From the NCBI RefSeq assembly GCF_001194135.2, contig NC_068982.1, positions 144,084,635 to 144,128,951 of the forward strand: 44,317 nt of DNA. The letters are read 5' to 3'. Below, piece after piece: positions 22,841 to 33,558 of this stretch. Below the pieces are notes generated by a model. That model was not told where the DNA came from. It worked only from the letters and a program-made list of their open reading frames with translations, and did not search any database. This stretch comes from Octopus bimaculoides (Eukaryota). Both the position numbers and the translations under genes were made by a program. Within the stretch, counting starts at the first letter, position 1, and the number at the start of each line of letters is the position of its first letter.

Positions 22841-22914
22841 TTTCATAACGTATAATTGTTTCATAACGTATAATTTGTTTCATAACTTATAATTTGTTTC
22901 ATAACGTATAATTT
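22841..22914. repeat. Tandem repeat, about 4 copies of a 19-20 bp unit (tttcataacgtataatttg)
   Basis: Directly visible, with one substitution in copy 3. Confidence 0.9.
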
Positions 22915-23154
22915 CATCTAGCACAAAAAGAAAAAAACAAAAAAGAGGCTTCCGTGGATGGAATTTCAATTGTTAGGGTTTTTACAGGCAACTTGTATTT
23001 GTGTTCAAAGGAATTTGAAAAATAAATCAAAGCTCGTTAGTGAATTGAGACTGATACGCTACATTTATCCGTATGTTTTCCGACCGACATTAGTAAAATA
23101 TTACACTACATCATACGATTGTTAGACTTCAGAAAACATTTTACAAACTTACTC

Positions 23155-23269
23155 ATGGCTAAAACTGGTGATGTCTCAAATATCGATCCAAGCAATGACT
23201 TGGCAAATTGGATGTCCCAGTTACCGGCTTCTTGTCATGACTTACCGCTAAATAGTTTGGCGATCCCAG
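23155..23269 (+). CDS. PLCXD: PI-PLC X domain-containing protein (PLCXD2/3-like), exon 1 (MAKTGD...NWMSQLP...SLAIPG)
   Basis: NWMSQLP and LAIPG are typical PLCXD N-terminal motifs. gtaaat donor at 23270, phase 1. Confidence 0.85.
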
Positions 23270-23687
23270 GTAAATACATCTTAAACTTGTTACTCATTAT
23301 TTTCTAATATTGATTTCTTTTTTAGGTATCAGCGGAATTCCAGTTAAAGCACTTCATGTAACTTTTTGGCGGCGGGAGGTTTACTTATTTGAATCGACTC
23401 CGCCCTAAAACTTGAATGGTGTTTAAGAGTGGCGTATGGTGGTTGTTGTATTGAGTGTTCTGTCACACCCAATGCCACCAAATTTCAAGTAGGAGTATAA
23501 CAAAAGTTTCCTATTCAGATTTGTGACTTTAATTTATGAATTTGCCATTTTCGATATGTGTGCAGCGCACACCTAGCACACCCGGAATATACACCCCTGG
23601 TGTTTAATCTTATAGGCCCTGGAAGGATGAGAACATTCATGTAAGCTACATTTGAACTCAGACGTGGCTATTTACAGTGCAACACTT

Positions 23688-24809
23688 GGTGGACATTGGA
23701 ATTAGACACTGAGGGAAAATGGCTGTAACTTTTTTATTTTTTAATTTTGGCGATTTTCGTTTTCGATAATGTGTTCTACATGTCACGGTCATGCGATTNN
23801 NNNNNNNNNNNNNNNNNNNNNNNNNNNNNNNNNNNNNNNNNNNNNNNNNNNNNNNNNNNNNNNNNNNNNNNNNNNNNNNNNNNNNNNNNNNNNNNNNNNN
23901 NNNNNNNNNNNNNNNNNNNNNNNNNNNNNNNNNNNNNNNNNNNNNNNNNNNNNNNNNNNNNNNNNNNNNNNNNNNNNNNNNNNNNNNNNNNNNNNNNNNN
24001 NNNNNNNNNNNNNNNNNNNNNNNNNNNNNNNNNNNNNNNNNNNNNNNNNNNNNNNNNNNNNNNNNNNNNNNNNNNNNNNNNNNNNNNNNNNNNNNNNNNN
24101 NNNNNNNNNNNNNNNNNNNNNNNNNNNNNNNNNNNNNNNNNNNNNNNNNNNNNNNNNNNNNNNNNNNNNNNNNNNNNNNNNNNNNNNNNNNNNNNNNNNN
24201 NNNNNNNNNNNNNNNNNNNNNNNNNNNNNNNNNNNNNNNNNNNNNNNNNNNNNNNNNNNNNNNNNNNNNNNNNNNNNNNNNNNNNNNNNNNNNNNNNNNN
24301 NNNNNNNNNNNNNNNNNNNNNNNNNNNNNNNNNNNNNNNNNNNNNNNNNNNNNNNNNNNNNNNNNNNNNNNNNNNNNNNNNNNNNNNNNNNNNNNNNNNN
24401 NNNNNNNNNNNNNNNNNNNNNNNNNNNNNNNNNNNNNNNNNNNNNNNNNNNNNNNNNNNNNNNNNNNNNNNNNNNNNNNNNNNNNNNNNNNNNNNNNNNN
24501 NNNNNNNNNNNNNNNNNNNNNNNNNNNNNNNNNNNNNNNNNNNNNNNNNNNNNNNNNNNNNNNNNNNNNNNNNNNNNNNNNNNNNNNNNNNNNNNNNNNN
24601 NNNNNNNNNNNNNNNNNNNNNNNNNNNNNNNNNNNNNNNNNNNNNNNNNNNNNNNNNNNNNNNNNNNNNNNNNNNNNNNNNNNNNATTTTTTAGTGGGAA
24701 TCGCATGACCGTGACATACAGAACACATTACCGAAAACGAAAATCGCCAAAATTAAAAAATAAAAAAGTTACAGCCATTTTCCCTCAGTGTCTAATTCCA
24801 ATGTCCACC
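23688..24809. mobile_element. DNA transposon with TIRs of at least 110 bp, GG ends and a near-perfect 8-bp TSD; interior lost in a gap
   Basis: ggtggacattggaattagacactgagggaaaatggc... occurs inverted on both sides of gap 23799-24685. Flanks are caacactt (23680-23687) and caacattt (24810-24817). Confidence 0.8.
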
Positions 24810-25036
24810 CAACATTTATTCAACGCGCTATTGAATCTGCCATTCATCATCGACCCCTTACTTTTCTAATAATTAGATCTATTGGTCGTCTAATCAAGGC
24901 AATTTTCCCCCCAAAAGTAGAGATCTAGACTAAATGTGCTTTGCAGTGTGTAGTTTGCTGTCTCATTGAAGATGACGGGGATAAATATAGTGGTTCGCTA
25001 AGATGGGAGAGACTGAGAAGGTGGTAAGCTCTTATA

Positions 25037-25860
25037 CAGGGTGTAGACGGTATTCGTTCGCATAATGACTGTCTCAGAAAAGTAAAAAAGTGTTCTTATT
25101 TTCTGAGATATATTTGTCAAATTAGGGTCAGTTTGTCTTCATGACATGTTTTGTCGATCTCACTCGATGGCAGCTTCCAGACTACCTCGAAACTGGCCAC
25201 AAACCTTTGTCACTATCTCCTGTTTTAGGCCCCCGATGGCCCTGGTAATCCTGGTCCCCAGCTCATCCTTCCTGTTGCAGCTAGATTTGTTGGTCTCTCG
25301 GTTCATTGCATCCCATACAAAAAAGTCGAGGGGTTTGCAGTCAGGCGAGTTGGGAGGCCAAATGTCAGGTGATGAGTGATCGAACAAATTCTTCGACAGT
25401 CAGGTCTGGGTTTTCTGACTGTGGCAGGGCACAGTCTTTCCGCCACACGTACAGCCTCCCTGTAGCTACCTGGTCAATCCAGGGCTTCACCACCTCACTC
25501 AGATGGATGTAGCCATCGTTGTTCAGCTTGAGACTCACAAGGAAGAAATGGGGTGGCATGATGTCACCATCACTGCTGATGACATCAAAGACCATGATTG
25601 TCACTGGAAGTTTCGCCTGCATGTCTCTGGTGAGGCAGCAAGCCACCTGTTGTTCTGAGAGTTGATCTTCTGGTCTTGGCAGAAATTCTTCTTCTTGAAG
25701 AACAACAGCACATCTAGATCCAGCAGGTGTTTCAACTTGTTGATCAGCTTCTTGATGTGCTTAAGTCGCTTTTCCTGCATAGCCTTGGACAGAAATTGTC
25801 CTTTCCTCGTCTTGTATGAAACGTAGCAAATGTTCTCATGCACCACCAGCCTGATGAGCT
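25037..25860 (-). mobile_element. Decayed Tc1/mariner transposase (probably maT/DD37D type) with one TIR
   Basis: ta|cagggtgt terminus at 25037. Minus-strand pieces include INSQNNRWLA, IMVFDVISSDGDIMPPHFF and WPPNSPDCKPLDFFVW. Confidence 0.85.
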
Positions 25861-26521
25861 TTTAATATATACTGTTTCATACAAGATGAGGAAAGGACAA
25901 TTTCTGTCCAAGGCTGAAACTTTTGTGGGGCGGAGGCCAGTTGATTAAATTGACCCCAGTACACAACTGGTACTTAATTTATCGACCCCGAAAAGACGAA
26001 AGGCAGAGTCGACCTCAGCAGAATTTGAACTTAGAACGTAAAGACAGATGGTCATAATATGCAAACATTTCTCATGGCACCAGTACACTGTTTACAGATG
26101 CTTACATTTTTTATGTTTTCCGTGAATTTTTCATGGGTCCAGCTAGTGAGTAATTATTATACTGAGTGGACTTTTGCTGATCTGGCTCCCTCGCCAATGG
26201 CACTTGGTCTCCCATCTGTAATACAGCTGTATTAGACACAAGACAATTTTTGAATACATTTAAACATAAAAGTAAGCATGGCTTATACATAACCAAATAT
26301 GGTAGGTCTTGTACTAAAGACTAATTCTCGCCACCTTGCATCGCTCGGTCTTAACAAATTCGTGACCCGACTTAGAACACACATTCCTTTCCATAGTTCA
26401 GTGCCAGCTTTCATTTTAGTTTAATGACCGACCGTTCTTTCTAATTTTACCTCTTCCCTACAGAAATATCTTCCTTTTATTGTCTATTTTGTTTCCCACA
26501 AAATGACTGGTGAGGAGCTAT

Positions 26522-27747
26522 CTGTGGTATACACTTGAGTGAAATTCCTCACTCCCCTTTATTATATATACATGCACTCGAATGTAGCAGGTAACAGTTT
26601 GCCTTTGGCCAGTGTTTGGACCCCATTGTGTCCACTACTCTGATTGGTTGGTATTGGCGCAATTTGTCTCTTACTCTGTCACACCAATTTGCAACATGTA
26701 ACCAATCAATCAGAGCCTCTAAATAAATTCATGTGGGGGTCACTAATTTGTAAGGACTGTGTTATGTGAGATAATGAGAATGGGTCTCAGGTACATCACA
26801 CAGCCCTTACAGTAAATATAAAAAGAATACATATATGTGCCAGAGGGAAAAAGGGACACCCGAGTAGAATGTTTTATTAACATGTGTCTGTCTGTGTGTC
26901 ATGTATACAGAATAATAGACAGGTCATCATGAAAACAAAGTGTATGTGTGTATAGACATGGATGTATGCGTGTGCGTTAAGTACATATAAGAATAACTAT
27001 GAAGAAGACTAAAAGAGTCTATATTGAGAAGTTAGACAAATGTTCGTAGACACAAGAATGAGAAATACCAGTTCATAGTCAACTGTACATGGTAATTGAA
27101 AAACTGTATCAAGAAGTTGTGGCCATGATGCTGAGCCAGTTGCAGTACATGTTGTACAAGAAGTTGTGGCTGTGATACTGCTGCCTGGGTCACTTGGTAC
27201 ATGAGTCCTCGTAGGTTGTATATTCACTGTTGATCTATGGTGAAGTAATTCACAAACAATGAAGTGTTGGAACCTGGGCAAGCTGCTTGTTGAGTTGTGT
27301 ACATAGAAATGGTGTTGACAACGTTAAGATGATAGTGGAGATGAAGAAAGAGATCACTGTAATGCTGTTGGTTGAAGTTGGTAAGTCATTGTGTGGCAGC
27401 TGTGGTGTCATTGCTGGAACTGGATGTGTCTTGTGTGGTCAGTGGCTAGACCTTAAAAGGTCTGAAACCTAAGACAAGGAGAAGCTGGGTTTTTATAAGA
27501 AGCTGTAGGCTCAAACTGGGTTGAGAACAGGCTGTCTCATGTGATTTTATTTAGAGGCTCTGATTGGTTATATGCTGCAAATTGGCATGATAGAGTAAGA
27601 GACAACTTGTGCCAATACCAACCAATCAGAGTAGTGGACACAATGGGGTCCAAATAGCAGCCAAAGGCTAGCTGTTACCTGCTACGTTCGAGCACACGTA
27701 TATATAATAAAGGGGAGAGAGGAATTTCATTTGAGTGCACGCTACAG
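26522..27747. repeat. Long inverted-repeat element: arms of about 205 bp (26522-26730 and 27540-27747), about 800-bp interior
   Basis: Arms are reverse complements with scattered transitions; shared core ggaccccattgtgtccactactctgattggttggtattggc. No TSD found. Confidence 0.8.
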
Positions 27748-28122
27748 TCTTAAAGCATTCCCCCTCTTTAATAAATTATATCCTATATTATGTACTAATG
27801 CACAGATACATTCTTTATCTTGTACTGTGTACATTAACAATGTTAAACCTGTTTGTTTTTTTTTACTCTAAAACGATTACAATATCAAGTAACTGCACTT
27901 CCAAAAGTGAACTCTCTCCCTACTGCATTATATTTTTAATCAATTTATTCCAGCTTTTGTCTCTCCTGCTTTTTTAGATAAAAATCAATCATTGAGAAAG
28001 CTTTTTTCTTCACAATGGATGTAATTCTAATTAGAATTTCTTGGCTCATTACCTTAAATTTTGTTAATGTAATCTGCTGAGCCTTCTACTGGGCCTGGAG
28101 AGACTAAGACGAGCCTAATCTA

Positions 28123-28359
28123 CAGGGTGTTCAAAAAGTCTCTCCGCAGTCAATTTTTTTTCATCTTGTGCATTACCATGGTGCTACTTCAAGAGTTTTT
28201 CAGTGAACAGATTATTTTGAAGGGACTTTGGCCACAAAGATCACCTGATTTAACACTGCAAGACTTTTTTTTTTCTGAGGAGCAAGTAAAGGATCAGTGT
28301 ACAAGAATCGCCCGAAAACCATTAAATACTTACTGTGGTGAGACATTCTGAACACCCGG
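28123..28359 (+). mobile_element. 237-bp internally deleted Tc1/mariner derivative (MITE)
   Basis: TA flanks at 28121-28122 and 28360-28361. 28-bp TIRs match at 23/28. Internal remnant LWPQRSPDLTLQDFF. Confidence 0.8.
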
Positions 28360-28492
28360 TAGCATATTCTTTGTTGAAAATTCTGTAGTTGTTCCATGTA
28401 CAGGATTAGAATGTGTCTTGTATCATGCAATAGTAAATCTACAAAATGTTCCCAAGAATAACACTGATGATGTTTGTGTTTATCTTTTGCAG

Positions 28493-29328
28493 GTTCTCAT
28501 GACTCATTTAGTTCTAAGTTAAAAGAAGGAGAAATTGCTCCTGATTGCACTGAACTAATTAGATTAGCTGAGAAATTGTTTGGAAAAGCTGCAGATAAAG
28601 TAATTATGAGATGGTCTACTACACAGAATCTGGACTTAGGTGAGCAACTTGAAAAAGGGATCCGCTATTTTGATCTGAGGGTAGCTTACAATGATTCTTG
28701 CAATGATTTTCAGTTTGTTCATGGCATATATGGACCAAAAATAGATTGCTGTATGCAAGAGATCAATTCATTCTTGGAGAAACATCAGAAAGAGCTGGTA
28801 ATTCTGGATTTTAACCATTTTTATAATGTAAATCCAGAAAATCACAAAAGGCTGCTTTCAATGTTGTCTGATATATTTGGAAAGAAAATGTGTCCATTTA
28901 TTGGAGCTGCTAACTTGACACTTAATGTTGCCTGGGAGGTCAATCTTCAGGTAGTTATCTGCTATCATCATAATCTTGCTACTCAACAACCAATATTCTG
29001 GCCTGGAAATGCTGTACAACACCTCTGGGCAAACACTGATCAACTTCCAAAACTGATCAGTGCATTTGAGGAGGAATACCATAAAGGACGTCCAAGTGAT
29101 TGTTTTTTCAACTGGCAAGGTACTCTAACACCAACAGTAACTACTGTTCTTCAACATCTTGACGGTAGCTTGAAAACTACATTGGCTGAGAAAGCAACAT
29201 CTGCCATTACAAAGTGGGTTGCAGACAAATCTCCGTGTTGCAAGGGCTTAAACATCATATCTGTAGATTTTATGCAATTGTATGACTTTGTACATGTAAT
29301 TGTAGAAATGAATCATGACATTCAATAA
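28493..29328 (+). CDS. PLCXD: PLCXD2/3-like exon 2 (GSHDSFS...IRYFDLRV...FVHG...ELVILDFNHFY...NIISVDF...Q*); 316 aa in total
   Basis: ttgcag acceptor, G+GT=Gly. Both catalytic His motifs (SHD, FVHG) are present. TAA ends at 29328 and AATAAA is at 29360-29365. Confidence 0.92.
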
Positions 29329-29619
29329 TTTATGTGTATACATCTATTTGTTCATCAACAATAAATATTTTATTTTTGTTACCATTGTTTTATAACCATT
29401 TTTCAATGATAAAAATAAACCATGATCAGCATTTGAGAGTGAGTAATGACTTGATAGCATGGTACATGCTTTCATTATTTTAGGTATCCATGCCATTGCA
29501 AGCAGACTTAAACGTTTTCTTAGTCCTTCTACACCAGATCAAGTAGATTATGCAGTATGTGATATCTGGAAAGAGAGAGAAAGGGGGCTGCATTCATTTT
29601 CAGCTGAGTAGACTGCAGA

Positions 29620-30840
29620 AATTTGAAATAATAATGAGCTTATTGTACACAGTGCTCAGGTGCACTACAACTCCTTGAAAATGAGGACAGAAGAAGCCAT
29701 AAGTCAAGGAAAGGAATACAGCAACGAAAGTTAGAAGTACATGCATAGAACATTGTTCTATTGTTTTTTTCCTCTCTTTCTTTCTTATTTTTAGCTTCCA
29801 GTCTTTCCTTACCATTCTTTGGTTCTGCTGAATTCTCCCTTGACATCGTTCTCTTCCTTTTTTTGGGGGCTGACAAATCCGTCACTCCCCTCTTTTGTTT
29901 CTTTCACCTCACTCCTTTCCTTCTCTTTAACTTCCTGGGTAGAATCCTCCTCATTTTTATCTTATCTTGTATGTAATTTCTCCTCCATCTCCCTATGCGT
30001 GTACTCAAACAAGGGGCACTGAGTCTTCGTGTGACCCCTCACACCACATATATAGCAGTTCAGTCTGTCCCTCCTCCACCACATTTAACGTTTTCTCCTC
30101 CTCAACCTCAATCTGATAGGGGTTACATTCTATATCGTCAAATGTGGCAAATAGCCACATTTCAACTCCGAATCCCCACCAGTTCAGCTTTTTCTTCTTT
30201 CCAGCCGGTCCCAATTCTGGGTCATCTTCAGTTGCAGCCAGAATAGCTGCAACCAACCACTCAGTTTTAATTTCGGGTGGTACCCTTGGTATCCTGATCC
30301 AGACACTGTGCCACCTTCTCTGTCCTCAGAATGGTGGTGGAATGTGAGGCTGCCTCTTCCTTTGTAGGAAGCCTCACCTCCACTGTGCCGAACCTTCTTC
30401 CTCTGCCAATGTACGTTGTCTTCTTTACAATCTTACTCAAACATTCTATTTCTTCCTCCATCACTCTCTCTATCTTGTTGGTGGCGACCGCTTGTGTTCG
30501 ATACACCACCATCTTCAAACTTTTATCTTTTACAATATTTTGCGGAGGGATCAACTTAATGGTATCTCCCTCTTTTTTTATCAGTTCTTCGCTCTTCAAT
30601 ATTTCTTCCATGTCAATGTTTATCTGTTTAGCCTCCAATGGCATGGCTGTTCTTGCCACAGCAGTTTTTGCATAGCTCTTCATACCAGAGGAACTACACT
30701 TCTCTTTTCACCCACAATGGAGAAAAAAGAACAGCAAAACACAACAGCAGCAAATAACAACCTCACGTGATAACAAACTTCAACAGCAAATCTCCACGAA
30801 TCACAAAAAAACACTACCTTTCTCCTTTAAAACTGGGGTC
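29620..30840 (-). mobile_element. L1/Tx1-like retrotransposon ORF1 relic with a CCHC zinc knuckle; no ORF2 seen
   Basis: Frameshifted minus-strand pieces: ORF 30267-30683, VWIRIPRVPPEI and CYICGVRGHTKTQC (CX2CX4HX4C, 30016-30057). A GT-rich 5' UTR-like leader lies at about 30690-30840. Boundaries are approximate. Confidence 0.7.
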
Positions 30841-32127
30841 AAAATGACTAAAGTAAAATGACTAATCCCGCCAAAATAGTCACAGAAGTCTGGTGTAGGC
30901 TTCTGCCTGGCTGGCTCTTGTTAAACCATCCTACCCGTGCCAGCATGGAAGGTGGATGTCAAATGATGATGATGATAATGATGAGACAAAGAAAATTTGA
31001 ACAGACCCGAGTTGAACACTGATTAGAGGTCTGATCAATTAAGGATAACTTGGAGCTAAACAGCAACAACCTAAAACACAATGGGAGTATAACACTGCAG
31101 TCATACCCCACTTGTACTTCTCTAGCCTATGTAGATCATCCACATTGAATACTCATGTCTTGACTGTACAATATCACACTCTTTACATAAGTTTAATATA
31201 GTTTGCCTTTGACATGGAGAGAGAAATACTTTATCAATAATAGTAACAACTTGCTGAACTCTCACTCTTTCTGGCAAATGATGTTCACTACAAACATCTC
31301 CAGCTCTGATTAATTCAAAGTGAAACAGTTGAACCCAATGAAACTAGGGATGATCTGCAACAGCAAGTATGAAGTATATAAAGTTTGCAAAGTAGAAGAA
31401 ATTATTTTACTCTGAAGAAAAGGAACACTCTAAAGTTTCAACCAGAATCCTTTTCCAGGGAGAGTACAAAAAATGTCTACTTCATTTAGCAACAAGTCAA
31501 TGAGATCCTTTACATAATCAATCAACGTTGTAGAAATAGTGTCAGATTTCCCTCAAATTACTTCCCACTTTTTAAAAAAACTAATACAGTAGGTGTTATG
31601 TCTCAAGCTACTGCTATCTAGCACCTTCGGATGATCTCTACACGACTGCTACCCAACTCCTCTACTATGGCTAGACTACCTCTATTTATATGTCTTGGGC
31701 GATCCTACTTCTTCGCTTGGGGGCGTTGACACAACAGTTATGTATTTCACTACCTAGAAAAAAGAAAAGAGCTGATCTTGATAGAATAAATGATTTATAT
31801 CTGCTCGTTGAGGGCTGACCTGAAAGTAAACAAACTTAACAACCATGTTTGATAATATGGATAATAACAATGAATTTAAGGCTCCACAGAAAAACTTTCA
31901 TGGTTAAAATAAAAAAAATAGCCACAGCACCATTGTAACTCACAAGCTGTAATTAGTAAAAAAAAATTATCATTTTAGAAATTACCTTTATTTATTCAAA
32001 CCCATACATTCTTTAGTGTGCTTTTTCAACAGTAAATAGAGCTGCCCTTAAAAACTGTACAATAATTTCAGTCAAGTGACTTGGAGTATCTATATATTTT
32101 AATAAAAAAATAATTACTACAATCCAA

Positions 32128-32268
32128 TCAAAAGTTAATCAATTGTTTAACACCTTCAAAACATCTCCATTTGTCAGGTAAGTAGAAAGGTTCGTGAGTA
32201 TGTGAAAATGGGGTGTCATAGCCACAGACACGTTTTACAGGAGCTTCTAAGTGGAGGAAGCATTCGGA
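32128..32268 (-). CDS. BCKDHB: BCKDHB last exon ([46 protein letters not shown])
   Basis: ttgcag acceptor, 141 nt. E1-beta C-terminal motif. Confidence 0.95.
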   Translation of the reverse strand, partial: SECFLHLEAPVKRVCGYDTPFSHTHEPFYLPDKWRCFEGVKQLINF

Positions 32269-32351
32269 CTGCAATGATACAATGTGGATAAGAAGAAAAA
32301 TATGTTAGATTCCTAAGTTTACAGAATAAATATATATAAAAAAGCGAAATC

Positions 32352-32701
32352 GGGATGGCACCTGTACCCAGCGTCGCCTTTCTGGCACTTGTGCCCGTGA
32401 CATGTGTAAGGATTTTCGAGCGAGATCGTTGCCAGTGCCCCTGGACTGACTCTTGTGCAGGTGGCACATAAAATACACCATTTTGAGCATGGCCGTTGCC
32501 AGTACCGCCTGACTGACCTTCATGCGGGTGACACGTAAAAGCACCCACTACACTCTCTGAGTGGTTGGCGTTAGGAAGGGCATCCAGCTGTAGAAACTCT
32601 GCCAAATCAGATTGGAGCCTGGTGTAACCATCTGGTTTCACCAGTCCTCAGTCAAATCGTCCAACCCTTGCTAGCATGGAAAGCGGACGATGATGATGAT
32701 A
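32352..32701 (+). mobile_element. RTE 3' UTR copy
   Basis: Subunits, conserved module and (GAT)n tail. Confidence 0.85.
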
Positions 32702-33471
32702 TATATATATATATATATATAGATAAATAGCAAGTGTGAAAATTTATCTGTGTATTAAGATTATTCATTAAAACGATTTCCATGTGAATTTCATTATTAC
32801 GCATGGCTCTTTACATTCTGAGCTCAAATACTGATGAGGTTGGCTTTGCCTTTCATCCTTTCAGAGTTGATAAAATAACCTCCTTCCCCTACAATTGCTG
32901 GCCTTGTAACAAAATTTCAAACAATTATCATTATTGTTATTATTATTACTATATTCTTTTATTTGTTTCAGTCATTTGATTGTAGTCATACTGGAGCACC
33001 ATCTTTAGTTGAACAAATCGACCCCAGGACTTGTTCTTTGTAAGCCTAATACTTATTCTATCAGTCTCTTTTGCCAAACCACTAAGTTATGGGGATGTAA
33101 ACATTCCAACATCAGTTATGCAATGGTGGGGGGGGGGGAGACAGACACACACACATACATACGATGGGCTTCTTTCAGTTTATCCACTCATAAGACTTTG
33201 GTCGACCTGAGTATAGTAGAAGACACTTGCCCAAGGTGCCATGCAGCAAGACTGAATCTGGAACCATGTGGTTGGTAAGCAAGCTATTTACCACACAGCC
33301 ACTCCTACACCTATGTCATCATTATAAATATATATCTTTTCAAATTTTTCCCATTTTTAATTTATTAGTGTTCGATATTTCTCGATAAGATAAACTTAAG
33401 TATTCACAATTTTGACATAGAATAAAACTATAAAACTTATTGTTGACAGCTTCAAAAAAATATTTCCATAC

Positions 33472-33558
33472 CTGAATAGTAGATGCAATTTCAGCACCAA
33501 ATCCTCCTGTAATAGGGGCTTCATGGGCAACCAATGCCCGACCAGTCTTTCGTACTGA
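33472..33558 (-). CDS. BCKDHB: BCKDHB exon ([29 protein letters not shown])
   Basis: ttttag acceptor and gtatgg donor, 87 nt. Confidence 0.95.

Noticed and set aside
22841-22914. CRISPR-like array
   Set aside because: Head-to-tail repeats with no spacers, in a eukaryotic locus.
17539-24869. Long ORFs of 100-366 aa spanning N runs
   Set aside because: Artefacts of translating gaps as X.
27009-27472. ORFs inside the inverted-repeat element as a transposase or cargo gene
   Set aside because: Short, compositionally biased and without DDE, RT or recombinase motifs.
31594-31736. Solo LTR (tgttatgtc...gacacaaca)
   Set aside because: Only a 9-bp imperfect terminal match, 143 bp long and with no TSD.
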